56,231 nucleotides of DNA, filler included, from Catajapyx aquilonaris (GCA_000934665.2; 2 parts of 2 records of this genome joined end to end with filler, not necessarily neighbours in it), one strand, 5' to 3'. Shown: positions 14,524 to 28,228, counted from the whole stretch's first letter. The notes: generated by a model from the letters alone, not told the origin. Translations and numbers: made by a program.

Positions 14524-15799
14524 TGTAGAAAACGATCGCGTCTCCAGCGCGTGTAAACGTCTCGCAGTCCACTGAACAGCTCTCTCCTTAAATGATTTTT
14601 TTTCCTCCTTTTCCTTCCTCTGTTAAGTCCTTGTTGCTGGTGACAAATGACGGAGGAAAACGGTGTGGTAGCAGCGTTGGTGATCTGAAAGGCGACATGA
14701 CAGCAGTGCATGTTAGCAGCAAAGGCAGTCCCTGGAAGTCCCTTCCTCGGGTTAGTTGGAGGGAAAAGGAGAGGGGGGATCCAGGGGAAAACCCAGGGAT
14801 GATCTATGACACTGAAATGCTTTCAGCGTTTCGGGGGCTCATCGTTCATTTCACATCTCCGCAGGGGCTTGTGTGCCTCCGGATGATTATCCGGACCACA
14901 CCACCCCCTCACCCAACCCCACATCATCGACTTCCATTTCGGATACCGGTTATTGGGACTCTCTGCCTCTCTCTCAGTCTATTGCTTCCTATTATTTTTT
15001 TAGAGGGGCACTAGTGTCCAGCCACTGCATTTCGGCCCATTTCGATTGCTCATCCGGATTTATGCGGGCTGAATGGTTGAATCATGCTCACTGCACTCTT
15101 ACGTTAGGCTAAGACCTGAATCCGAAGTGTCACTGTAATTGTCCAAGTTATCATACTACTAATCCACTTATTCTCTCTGTCCACATGTTTGTCCATGTAG
15201 ACTAATTGCCATAGGTTTCACCTCTACATGTTCTTGTTGAAACAACTGACATAAAACTGCTTAGTTACTTGTGCAATCAGAATATGGCAACCACTAATTT
15301 ATTTTTAGGGTTTTGTCAGAAGCCTCGTGGGTCGATCTTATTTTGAGGGCGTGTGTCCCATGGGCGATTAATCGGTGGGAACTGAGAACTGGTCGGATCA
15401 ATACTATCAATAACAGTAGGGGAGTGAAATGCACAAAAATGTGGCATTGATAGTAGATCGATCCCTATACCCCCCCACCCCTCTCCTCGTGCTGGATTAC
15501 TGGCTGGTTGGCTGGCCCAGGGGGTCGAAATAGCCAAAAACAGGAGGGACTATCGCGTCCGAATTTTCAGATAATTCGGGTGTATCCGGTTGTAATTAGC
15601 GGACTTTATATCTGCACATACACAATGGCCAGGGGGGGATGGGATGCTAACTGCGTGACTCTGCTGCCTTGCCCTATTGCATTTGTTCATTGGAAAGTGA
15701 CTAAACTGTTGGAACAGAGCTGTTGTTTTTGATACACTCTGCCTCCACACTGTGGCTTACAAAGTGCTCTGCATGTATATGTGCCTGCACTCTTATTGA

Positions 15800-15879
15800 G
15801 GGTCATTAAAACCGGTTTCTTGTCTTTTCAGGTAAGGAGAATGATTGATATCGGATGAAAAGTGATACACACGGTAAGG
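15800..15879 (+). other. Candidate recursive splice site (ratchet point) with 42-nt cryptic RS-exon
   Basis: TTTCTTGTCTTTTCAG|GTAAGG at 15831/15832, then a second donor ACG|GTAAGG at 15873/15874. The 42-nt segment has stop codons in all three frames. Confidence 0.55.
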
Positions 15880-18800
15880 TATTTCATGCAGTGATTTTTT
15901 TGGGCAATGTGACTCAGTTGATAGCCTGACAGCAATTGAAAAATACTGCACGTTAACCCTCACCATGCTACCGAAGTATTATCTGAAATATCGAAAAAAT
16001 TGGCGAGTTCCAACAGTGAAGCATTTTGTAGAAACGACCACTTTATTTCGCATTATGTGCTGGAGGAATAGCCAATGCAATCCAAATCGATCCAACTTAT
16101 GGAAATGCATGACGGACCCCAGATGCCGATTCTCTCTCTCTCTCTTTTTATCTTTATTTTTTTATCTTTTTTTTCCTCCGGGGGCCCCCAACATATGGAA
16201 TAATTTTCCCTCGATCCCCACCTGATCAGAGAATCGTTTTTCTTTACGATCCGGGGAGTTTCTGCTCCCTGCTGCTGCTGATTAGAGGCTGGAAAACGGC
16301 ATTTTAGTGCAGGGGGTCTTGATGGTCTCGGGTCACGCCGAGCCCATTCCTTTCTTCTTATTCTTCTTCGTCTTTTCCGTCCCCCCCCCCCTTTCCGAGA
16401 TCCGGAAGTGGTGTTGGAACCGATGTCGTCCAAGATTATAGTCTCCGGCCAGCACCCCTAATCTTTGAATCAATAGGGAACCGTGTCCTTTAGCTCGTGT
16501 CGCGCAATCAGCTTCGGATATACACCTTTCCAGATCGGTATATAGTCTGCTTTCAGGAATTTGTGCGGATATTGGCACGATATTAGACGTCATGTGCTGT
16601 CAAATCAAAAACTAATTAAATTGCAGTCATTGCACAAGAAATCACGTTTATATTTAAAAAATGGTTGAGCAACGAGGATTGTCTTTGTACTGTACCTCAC
16701 ATGTTCCTTACATAAAAAGCTCAGCATACCGTTTGCTCCTGGGGGGATCGTATTGGCTCCGGGCAAACATTTTTACTGCAGCGGTAGGCACATAGTACCC
16801 TTTTTTTAGAAGACTTAATCAGATCCCGGATTTGAATAATTGCTGAGAGGAAAAGAGGTGGGGAGTGCAAGGCAAACTTTCTCCAATTTTTTATATTATA
16901 TTTTTTTTATTCCGAGGTTATTGCAGCTATAGAATAAAGAAGGTAGAGGTTTGAAGGAGGTAAAAAAAGGTGTATAAAGCAGAGACTGGACCGAGTGAGT
17001 GAATTGCAAGCAAGCAGCGCATATTTAGAGCTGGGTCGTTTGGGGAGCGGGGGCGTTTAATGGGCATGGGAGGGATGAAAGCTTTTAGGCCCGGTCCTAG
17101 CCTGTTGGGTCCGGTCAGTAATGCACCACTCGCTGGACCCCCATCCACCCACCCATAGCACTACCCATGTACTAAAACGAGCAAAGTGACGCCTACATTA
17201 GTGTTAGGCAAAGTTGCCCTGAATGCTGGCTTTCCCTGCAGAAAACATAGGCCCGACACAAAGGTTGTCATGGCGAAAGACACTCGATGTCGATCAAAAA
17301 GATTCGGATTATTTTTAGCAAAAAAAATAATATTGTACAGTAGTAGTTTTTCAACCACTGATTGATAGGCTACATAATTTTTTGACACAATTTTTATCAG
17401 CCGAACCAAGAAGAAGGTTGGAGTGGAAGTGGCCCAAGTTTTGCAACTGTTCGGACCTAATGAATCTTCTGGTTGAAGAATTGGACCTGGAAGGAGAAAT
17501 TAGGGGGCGAAGGGTTGGGGGGGGGGGGGGGGGATTTGNAGAAAAAAAGGGGGCGGCGAATGAAAGATCTGGAGTGGAATTCGCGGGCATTATTTTTTTC
17601 TCCCCCTCTTTTGGAAAGATGAAATGTATGAAGACTGGCTGGCTGCCTGGAAGCTGGATAGATTTTCGGCGGGCTGGACCATTTGTTGGGTGGACGACGA
17701 TTTGTGCGAATTTTGGTGCGCATGTGCCTTACCTTTTGCTGGACCTTTTGGAAATATTATCAGCCGCTTGTCATTTCCATTTTCACTGCGGAACAAGAAG
17801 AAGAAAAAAGGAGAAGCAAAAACCTTTGCTCTTTTCTGGTGGAGCCATCAAAGGAAAATGCCTGCGACGTAAAGTCCACATCTGGAAAGGCCTCTGAAGT
17901 GAAAACGTGTCAGGGATTGGCGACACGGTAATAAAAATAGCGACATCTTCAAGTCCCCTGTTTTGCAATGTGTGTTTTTTTTTCTTTTCTTTTTGCAAAA
18001 AGGTGTGAGGTATGAATCGATAGTCGTGACCTGTTTATAGAAAGAGTTGAGGTTGCTCAACTTGAAGTTATTTGACCAGCTTATAACGCAGAAATAATCG
18101 CAGCATACAGCAATTTATCGGACTGAGTGATTTAGACAATTCTGAATTCCCAACAACAAAATACGCCAATCTGATTTTATGTATTACCACGAGGTTTCTC
18201 TCTACGAAACTGATGGATTAACCTTTTGTATAGTTACTAAGTTAGCAAAGTACGTTTTAGATTATTTATGCTTATGAAGCATGACAAATGTGACAAAATG
18301 AAAACAAACAAAATAAAATCATGTAAAAAATGTAAAATGTCGATTTACTTTATTATTAAAATTAATAAATGCTTTCCATCTATTGTCCTATCACCTAACT
18401 ATTGCAATGAGGACTAAAAATTAATTAGTACTGATAATTTCATATGTAAATTGGCTGCCTTGGGGTCGAGTATGACGTGTACAAAGAATCTTTTTGGTTT
18501 TTCACGAAGTAAAATGATTAACTGCGACCAACTAGTGTTCCTTTAAAGAAACGGAACAGTTGCTTCGTGTCGAGGATAAGACTGCACTCTGCATGACGTC
18601 ATGCGTAATTAACCAGCGACATGACAGAGACAGAGCGAGCAATCAATGAGGCAGGTGGGTGTGTACACCTCGTGGAATAATGACTGAAAAAATCGTGCCA
18701 AATTGCGTGACCCTACATGACAAACGGGTCACACGTATATTGAAAAAAATAAGGGGTTATCCGTACACAATGCACGACCTGTCCTTGCAAGTAAGAAGAC

Positions 18801-21699
18801 TTGTTGCACCGACAATGTGTGTGTGTGTGTTTGTCGGGTATTCAAGAGCAGGGAATTATTTATGAGGTCCGGAGCACCCCCGCCCCAAAAAGTTTGACTG
18901 CCTGCTATTTAAAGCTGGATGAATGGTATAGTTAGGGCAAGTTTACGAGGACGCGACTGGTTTTCAAGTTTGCGTGCAATTTTGCGCTAGGTAATGCGAT
19001 TTTAAAGTTAGTCGCTCTAAATCTTGCACGAGAAGGGTATACCTTTGTGTACCGCCAGGAGTTAAACCCAGCCTGTCAACTAAACCTATGGGCACTCGGG
19101 AGCGAGCTACGGAGATCCCCCCCCCCCCCTACAACCACANCCCTACAACCCCACTAGTAATTCACAAGATTTAAGAGATGCTGAAAATCACACGATTAGT
19201 TGATGGAGCAGTCTTATCAGAAAAAAGGAGGATCCAACTATTGAGAACTAAAAAATTAATGTGTCTGGTCGGGGGGTCATGCGACGTGGGGGCCGCCATT
19301 TTTGATCCACATGTCGCCATTTTAAACTTTGTTCTCATCGAAGAAAAAAAAGTATTCAAGGACGGATCTGTCCGTCTGTCTGTGGACAGGTATCGTGGTC
19401 TAAATAGCGACAAAAGGGTTTCGGATTCGGATTCAGCGTGGCCAAAATAGGTTCCATGGTCAACTTCCGGTATTTTGGGTTCACTCTAATCCGCCAAGGT
19501 CGATTTACATGCAGATAATTATCCGAGATAGCTTGGCAGACTCACAACATTTTATGCAATTGTTGTCCTATTAGAATCGCATCATGTCGTGTCCTGTTTG
19601 TCAGCCTCATTTCCCACTACCGAATGAGAAAAAGTGTACTCGAATCAATCTCGCGTGATTTGCCCATCTTGTTTGATACACATCCCACATGCTTATGGGT
19701 AAGTGACTCGGTTGTTACTGGTTGTTCCGACTATATAGGTATGCTAAAGTGGGTTATTAAAAGCTGCATTACTTCATCAACTATAAGGGTGTAAGTTCAG
19801 GTGAAAAGTAGGAGTTAAGTGCCTGGGTCGGTCGGACATGGTGAGGTTGAAATTTCATCCCCGAGTTAGTTTCCAGCAGGCTGTGTCCCCCCCTCCTCCA
19901 CAACAGGGGCATTAAAATCTTGGGAGGGCAGGTGTTTAACAGGGGACTGCAGGTTTTCTTGCAGCAGCATAGGCAGAGGGATGACGTCACAACTCCGGCA
20001 GAACTAAAATGGATTCCATTAGGCGACTCAAATGCGCTGCATTTACGCTTGTGTAATTGCGCCAGTAAGTGACAGCGCCAAATTAGTCCTTGTTGGAGGA
20101 GGCTTTTGGAAAAAGGCCTCCTTTGGCTCCATTGTGCCTTCCCTTATATTCCCTTGCTCCGGATGATAAGGGTGCTACTCTGCTGGAGGTTCCATGGGAA
20201 TATAGCTAGGGATGTTGTGTTGTGTATGCTGCCTGTGATGATGACGTAACAGCGCGCGAACCTCGTCATGAGGGATTATTCTGCGCCTGGAAAGGGACCT
20301 TATCATGCTCATTTACTCATCTCATTATGCACACCAGGATTGCTCTTCAGAGTTTGAGATTACCGGCCCTGTTTATTTACTTTCAAAGCGCATCAGGACA
20401 GAAGCCCTCGACGAGGGTGCTGTTTACTCCGGAGGTCACTGCTCGGAATGAATATTATCAAGTGCTCATACCCACATGCGCACCTAATCTAATATTACAA
20501 CTGTGTAAAATGTCCTCGAAGGTATCGGTCCAACTTTGTACTTGTCATTTCCATTAGGGTCAGTCGCGATGCCCAAGCTCCAGTTGTTTACTTCCGAGTG
20601 CATCGCAGACCAGGGCAGAACACGGATCGGCGCATTTGTAACGCTGTTCCCCGGGGTGGAGAGCACGCCTCGTAACGGGGTTAAATGGGACAGAAAGGGA
20701 CAAGCAGTGCGTGTCACACCGGAAGTACAGGGGGAAACGTGAAAATTATAATCATGAAAAGAGGCTGGGACGTATAAGGCCAGTCTTCTGAATGGACCCT
20801 GGCTCAACTAGGGCGAACAATACATCCAAGGTGAAATCCGGGTCACTAGGTCATGCTGTTGTAAAGGAAGAGAGGAAAATGCTAATAGTGGAAGGTTTAG
20901 TCCTTCTGCTAAAGTTGGTAGTGGCAGCACAACATTTAGTATCAGAAAGAACCAACTTAATTTGACATCACTCCACAAAACCCTGTCAATTATGGACATC
21001 GGGGTCCTAGCCTACATTTTGCAAACCCATGAAAAAAACGTACTTATTTTTAAGTGAATTTTGGTGTTTTTTGTTTGAAAAAATAAGTATTTGTTTTCGA
21101 GCTATGACCGATCTAAAATTATATTAATTATGCGGTATCGTATTCCCCTTTGACGTCACTGTGGCTAAACAAATCGGTGCAGAGGCATGAACGCACCCAG
21201 GCTGCTTTGTTCGTTTGCATTGTTGGCGACTCTACCCCCAACGAAATGGAGTAAAGCAGGTGGACCGGTCTGCTGACGTCACTGTGGTTAGGCAGGAGTG
21301 GGAATGCGCCCTTTAGGCCACTCCCCCTTTCCAACCGCCAATTTGAGTGACTTTTGAACCCGCGATAATTTGACAGTTTGGTGCTGGAAAGTATTTGTTT
21401 ACATGTATGGTTGAGATATTCGTGTACCTACAAATTTTCCTAATCCCAGACCAAGGCTGATTCAGTATCTGCCATCTTTTGAATTAATTCGCTGCAATTG
21501 TTATTAATTATCATGTAAGAGTTTGGGAATACCCTGTAGACCTAACTTAAAATTCAGGTGGCTTTTGTACGCCGGTTTTTTTTCTCTCTCCGGCCTCGGT
21601 CTCTTCCTCCGGGATGATCCGAGTCTGCGATGTCTGGCCGGAAACCCCGTTGGTTGTTGTGAGTGAAAAGCAGCTTAAAGTCAGATTCTCTCTCTCTGG

Positions 21700-21700
<1 letters not shown>

Positions 21701-21745
<45 letters not shown>
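21701..21745. repeat. (TG)n microsatellite, about 22 units, followed by a short (GCA)4
   Basis: Directly visible. Confidence 0.97.
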
Positions 21746-21749
<4 letters not shown>

Positions 21750-23869
21750 AGCAGCAGCAGTGAGAGAGGCAGTCTAGAGCAAGGCAGGCAGGCAAAGCTA
21801 GCTAGCACACGTGCGGGTCGATACCCGAGCTCGGGCCCCTCTTGCTTAAATAACACGTACAGTACATAGTTGGCCGTATCTGACCTCAGGCTTGGCCGCA
21901 GAAAAAAAAAATCCCTTCCCCCTACTCCAAATACTGGCCAGTTTGCGTCAACCAACCGCCAGGCAATGGGGGTATCTGCAGGGTGGTGCACTGACCAACT
22001 GCCCTGCTTCAATAATTACCAGTTGTTCGCACCAGCAACCGGTTTCAACGAAAATCATTCCGTTGCATTCATTATTTTAAAAATGTTAGGACAATTTTAA
22101 CCCGCCACATTATGTATGAATGTTTTCATATTAGGCCAGTGTGTACCATGGCGAAAGATGAGTTCTGACTGTGTAACATGCAAAATTTAATTAATATAAA
22201 ATATTAATATACTAATCTAAAACTACTGGAGCCCTCGAGTGTGTTGGAATTATCAATATTCAAAGAATATGTGGCCGATATGAAGCCTACTGTAATGAAT
22301 TTCATCGTACCTATATTCGCGAAATGAGAAAAAGTGCTACAATCTTTGAAACACCCTGTATTTACTAGTAGCTAATATAGGTCAAAATAACGCTGCTATC
22401 CTCACATCACGTGTGCAATAAAATACTCTGCATGGAATCCAGATGAATGCACCCAATATTTCTAGTGAAATGTATCAGGCACACACTGCTGCACAAATAA
22501 TTATGTGGCCCTATTTTTTATCGATATGATGCTAATTGCTAACGATAGCAATAGTATTTAATGACGATTCGAGCAAATGGTCTAAATAATTAATGAAATT
22601 AAATGCATCTTAGTGTAGGAGTGAAGGACAAATAATTCCATTTTTTTTCATATTCTGTGTGGTTTCTTGTTAATGAGTGTATAGTGTACGTCCATTAGCG
22701 CGAATTCAATTGGCAGGTGCAGCCTTCTCTTATTGGTTGGTTTTGCTGCCTCCTCTCACCTTGACTTTCTCTCCGATTCGCGCAAAATGAAAAGAGGAAA
22801 TGGCATCGAAATTCCGTGGCTGCTTCTTCTTCTGGCCCCCCCGTTGCAATTCCTCTCTTTCTCTCTCTTTTTTCCCTCCCATTCCCCCCTTTTTTCCAAC
22901 ACAAAAAAACGGGTGGAAAAAAGGAGAAAAGAGAGTGATATTTCCCAGCAGCGAAAGTCAGGATAACAATAGCTGCTAGTCTATTTTTTTCCTCTTGTTC
23001 CGCCCTTGCCCGGCCATGCGATTCCTACTGCTTCCGATTTGTTAACTGCCATTGTCAAGCCTCGACTATTAACTTGCACGCCGAACACTGCCAAACCAGC
23101 GAACGTCTGCTGAATTTTTTTTGCCACCAAATTTTTTAGCGACAGAACATGCACATTGTCCTGCTAAACTAATTTAAACTGTAAGCTGGTTTAGTTTTAA
23201 AAACTGTTTTTTCTGAGCGCGGTTTTTCTGGCAAACACTCCTGCCAGATAAGCGCTCATAAACGGGCGACCTGGATTGTGGTGACCAGTGTTTAACCTTT
23301 TGATCCCCCGGTTTTTGGACTGACATGCATGGCCATTTTGCTGGCTGGCCTGGGTATAAAAGCATCCCCCACCCACTCGATGGGGTGGGTGGGGACAGGG
23401 ATCAAAAAGCGTAGCGAAATGTGCATGTGCAGGTCCATACAGCACATCAGACCTCTCTTTTTTTTTACATAGATGCAGCCCCGTGTTACGGATAATGACC
23501 GATATGGCAATCCAGGGTTTCGGGTTTATTTAGGCTGTTTGCGCATTGAGCTGAAACAATAGAGTAGCCGCGGATAACACGCCTATTGTTTGGCTTTCCA
23601 CATATGGAATTGATGCAACGCTGGCTCTAAATGGGATCGGGGGTAAGCACGGATCATTGATCCCGGTTTTAATTTCTCGGTTTTAGCCTCGTTTTTTTTA
23701 AGAATTCGCCAGCGATTGTCAACAAGTGTGTTGGCATCTTGTCAATCGCACATGTGGAGGCAGACTTTCCACTGCAGGAGTCGACCCCCAGCCAATGACC
23801 TCAAGATTTCACGTGCTACCATCAATCATTCGTCATGAACCTCACCTTTACATCATGCAAACAGACCAC

Positions 23870-24028
23870 CTTATGCTACGGGTATTCAGACTCAAAAAAG
23901 TGCAATTTTCGGACTTTCTTTTCAGCGGCATTGTAAGCCAGGTTTCAACACTCTCAGTGGTCTGAAAGTGGGTTAGGTAGCCGTGACATACATGCGTACA
24001 AACTTTCTGCTTTATATATTATAGAGAT
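23870..24028 (+). mobile_element. Possible 3' end of a Helentron-associated (HINE/DINE-like) non-autonomous element
   Basis: Ends in ...ACATACATGCGTACAAACTTTCTGCTTTATATATTATAGAGAT, resembling the 3' terminus of such elements as recalled. 5' end not identified. Confidence 0.3.
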
Positions 24029-25644
24029 GTTGTCCCCCAACTTTTTGATCCACCTGCGGTTTTAGCAACAGTTTCACTGTTGGGCCGATTTTATTGATGG
24101 GATACAAATGGATGCAATTTTAAGGAGAAAGTGACGCTTCGAATCCATATACGTGGTAAATTATGGGTGTTGAAAGCCTAATTCGGGATCCGAAGCCACG
24201 TGGCCTCGTGAAAGGGGAGGGGGTGCAAGTTTATTAAAACGTGGGATTTATGGAATCGTTTGAGGTCAGCAAAAATCCCATTGGAAAATCCTGTTAGATC
24301 TTGGAAATAACATTGTGCAAAAAAGGGCTTGGCACAAGATGGTTCATATTATTCCACCCCCAGCCTTCCATTTTCATGTATATTACGTCATGAGGTCGAT
24401 ATGGGTTTCCCCATTTTCTCGCCAACTGTATTGATCCTGCTGCTAGTTTTCAGGTCATTGGGCTGTATCATTGCACTGTTACAACAACAAAAAAAACGTG
24501 TCCATAACTTTTTGGGCACACCCTGCACTTGTATCCGATCGCCTTTTTGTCGCGTCGTATTTTTTTATGCTCCTAATTAACTGGCAGCCACATATTTGCA
24601 GTAATCGTTAATTGAAATAATTTGTTTGGCAGCACGGAACATTGCGCCGCGTCTCGTTTCGTTGGAATGCAAAACGGCTTAAAATGCAAATATTTCGCAT
24701 GTGGGATGAAAAGAGGGTTTGGATTTGGGTGGGGGGGGGGGGGCGGATGCAATTGGTCGGAATCGGTTCGAAACGCCCGCTTGTCACATGTGTGTATCAC
24801 ATTCACGCATTGAAAGCCGTGTTTTTGCAAATTCATTTCGGTGCGGGGGACGTTTAAGCTCCAAAATGATGACAATCTGTCGCACAAATATCAATCGATT
24901 AAATTCCGACCTCTTCAACTTAACTAGGTTGTCCGCTTTTTTAATTAAAAATGGCTGACAATAAGTGGCCAGCAAAATAATTTCCGAAATAAATGTAGTT
25001 CATCCTGACACTTCAGAGCTTCCCATCAGCCTCTAATGAATTGCGGGTTGCCGCACTTCCTGGATATACTCTTGTAGTGTTTATGAAACAATAAGCGCGA
25101 ATTTTTAATTGATTTATTATTGGCTAGTGAACCCGTTGCCAAATTTTAGCAAAGTCTATAATTAGGATGACAGTAAAAATCAAGGAATATTCACTGAGAT
25201 GGCCCACCGATTTACCACTTAGTACTATTCTTAACGCATAGATGGCGCATACTCCCTTCTGCACACTCCTGCCACTCTCAAGCCGTGCGAGAGATAGTGG
25301 TACTATCAGGTTGGACAAACATCCGACGGAGAGATTAAGCGTATTAGTAAGTAGTTTTTTGTGGGGAGAGATCTGAATATTCCCATTGGCTCCATTTTGT
25401 GAGTGTGTGTTGAGACTGAGGAACTTTCCGGCCAGTGTGTTAATATTGTTTGCGGTGGAGCCGACGCGTTGGCCTCGCAAGATAAGGGGGGCCAATCTGG
25501 TCTATCCAAAGAGGTGGCTCTGATAGGGACCAGGCGCCATTTGCCACTCATTTGGATTTCGGATAAAGCCTCCAGGGCTGCCCGGGACTCGCAGATAAAA
25601 AAAAAGGGCCAGGGGACCGGACTAGCCAGTGGATCGGCTCGCAG

Positions 25645-25800
25645 AATGCTAACTACATTGCGAATTGTTAATTCATCCGAATTCATGTGCTTTTCAGGTA
25701 AATGACACGCTATAATTGGTTTTCCCTTCCACCTCCTTTTCCTATTGGCTATTTTGGATGACGTGAAGGCCCACTCTGGAAGTGGTGGTCTCAGGTGGGC
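25645..25800 (+). other. Second candidate recursive splice site
   Basis: GCTAAC branch-like motif (~25648), about 50 nt free of AG, then GTGCTTTTCAG|GTAAAT at 25697/25698. Possible downstream donor CAG|GTGGGC at 25794. Confidence 0.45.
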
Positions 25801-28128
25801 ATCTCGTGTTTCAAGTGTTTGAAGGCGATGAGAAAGGTTCTGGAGAGGCGCAGGTGCAAGTGGCGCCCCTTCCTTTCCTTTTCACTTTTTTTCTTCTTCT
25901 TCTTCTTTCCTTCCCTTGCTTCTCCCGGGAATTTGCAGGGCTGGAAATGACACGTGTGCGTCTGCAGGATTTAGCGTGCCCCCCCCCCACCCCAACCGCA
26001 TTGCAGATTTTATGTCACCCCAAACTTGAGACACTTCGCAGGAGGAGGCCCAACTGTGCTCCACAACACTCGTCTGAGATGCCTTCAGGCGCCAGTCTTT
26101 TGTATGTAGAAACTGCACTGTGAGGATATAGACCTTTAGATGAAGCTCGTGCAATACTGGCAACCTTGTGGAACGAAACAAGTGAATTATATTCAGGGCT
26201 ACAGTTATCGTGACTTTGAGTGGCTGATGGGAAATAATAAAGCACGTGTCGGACAAGGCGTATAAGATAAAATGCTGAGTGTAATTCGGAGTAAGTGGCT
26301 TTCACTAGAGTGGGGATGGGAACAGAGGATTTTGGCGAAGAGGCAGAGACATGTGGTGGCTGCAAACAAGAGGGGGAACATAATGAGTTTGGCTTTTTGG
26401 AGTGGACCCAGCGGGTGCGGGGCATCGTCCGCTTGAAAAAAAAAAATAGCATTGTCCCGAAGTGTGATTGGCATCCGAGGGCTTTCCGTCAATCGCTCCT
26501 TGATTGCTCAAACTCCACACCTGTTGGCACCACAGACAGCTCTCTCTCCCATTAAAAAAAACCCACACTAAACCCCCCCAAAAAAGCACCCGTATTCATC
26601 AAAAAAAAAGTTGGGGGGGCATTACCCACGTTACATCACCGCACTGCTTATTAACAGCTTCGTTTTTAAAAGGGCCTTTCACCGCAGAGTGCGGTCGGAA
26701 AGAGTGATGACTTTTGGATTAATTCAACTACCTGTACTGCCATGTCAAAAAAAAAATCACACGCTCATACTCTTAAAAGTAATAATTACATTCAACCTAA
26801 TATTTGTAGCTAGTCGTGAATAGCATTTTTTTGGTCCGATCGATTCTTTTTTGGGGAAAGTCTTCCTTTTTTTTTTTACAAAAAAGGACGGTTAAGAGTG
26901 TGGTTGACATTCAAGAACGTGGATGACATTTTTCATTGTTACCAAACAAAGAGGTAATTTGAACCCCGTGCGTGGTACACAATGGCCCCCCCCCCGTTTG
27001 TTACCCAGCTTTTTTTTTTTTTTTTTTGAGAAGCAGGAAAAATTGTGGAGAGGCCCAGTGGGGTTGGGTTCGGAATATTAAGAGGATCATTTTGTCATTA
27101 GCCAAATGGGGGACTTTGGGGGGGGGGGGGGAATGGGGAAGGTTCCTCCTCACAGCATCAAGGGTCAATCTGTCTTCGCTAATTAGACTTTTCTTTCTCT
27201 TCTCGGACTGAAATGAATTGGAGCTTGGAAAGGAATGGTTGCCACACTAACTGGCCACGCCCTTCGCAACTACAGGGTGCTCCAATTGTTGGTTACCAAA
27301 AAGTTGCTACTTATGAAGAAGTGTACAGGGGCGATTATTAGATTCGTGCCAATGTTAGTGGCATTGAACATTTTGGTGATGTAATTTATTATTCAAAGCA
27401 TGATGTCACTGGTGAGAACAGGAGCGTGTGTATGTGACACTCCACCTACAGTGTGTCATGTTACTGGCGCTGTTCCGGAAAAATTCCTCCAGCAGGTGTG
27501 GTTTGGGTCCCACGCAGATTTTGCTTTTCTAACACTTTACTAAACTACAGTTTGGCTCCCTGAAATCTGATGATGATTAACTATGTTTAAAATTTATGGT
27601 TAGCTTATCAGTTTTACGCAACATTCACATTCAATGCTCGTTGCTGTAGTGCCCAATTCATGTTCCTCTAACCCCCTTTTTAAAGTGGGTACTTGAGCAT
27701 ACGTGACGGCGCGTGACAAAAGAGAGGAGAGGTAAGGACCGTGACGCCAATTTACGAGCCTTGTTAAAAAAAATAACAACCCTTTCGAAATGTGGCAGAT
27801 AACTAATGGCCCCATTGCTAATAAAAAAAGAGAAGAGAGATGATATCTCTTAAAACCTGTGAATGGGTCAATGTTAATGAAGCGATTAACATGGTTGATG
27901 GGCGTTTCGAAAGGACTGAAATAACGCAATAAATCCAGTTGTTGAGAGGAGGTTTTTTGGGAGGGTGGTCCTTCCCCCACCTCCATTTTTAGAGCATTTA
28001 ACTGCTGGGGGGAAGCCGGACATTAAGACGATTAACGTCCGAGAATTAAGAGTGGTTTTATGGAACGGAGGTGATGTTGTCCATTGTGCCCAGCTTTCTG
28101 TCCCGACTTTTAAAGAATGGGTGGGGGG

Positions 28129-28228
28129 NNNNNNNNNNNNNNNNNNNNNNNNNNNNNNNNNNNNNNNNNNNNTTAATTAATTAANNNNNNNNNNNNNNNN
28201 NNNNNNNNNNNNNNNNNNNNNNNNNNNN
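28129..28228. other. Artificial contig spacer: 44 N + TTAATTAATTAA (stops in all six frames) + 44 N
   Basis: Exactly 100 bp and symmetric, with a six-frame stop linker at 28173-28184. Confidence 0.95.

Noticed and set aside
17382..17897. Longest ORF in the track (171 aa)
   Set aside because: Runs through poly-G and poly-A tracts and an N, has overlapping ORFs in several frames, and has no protein motif.
19170..19490. Segment resembling an old DNA-transposon interior (GGATTCGGATTCAGCG...)
   Set aside because: No TIR pair or TSD could be defined; too uncertain to annotate.
21530..21560. TACCCTGTAGA, identical to the first 11 nt of miR-10/miR-993-5p
   Set aside because: The match stops after 11 nt and no complementary star arm follows; likely chance.
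21547..22012. ORFs with HTHTHT / VCVCVC repeats
   Set aside because: Translation of the (TG)n microsatellite.
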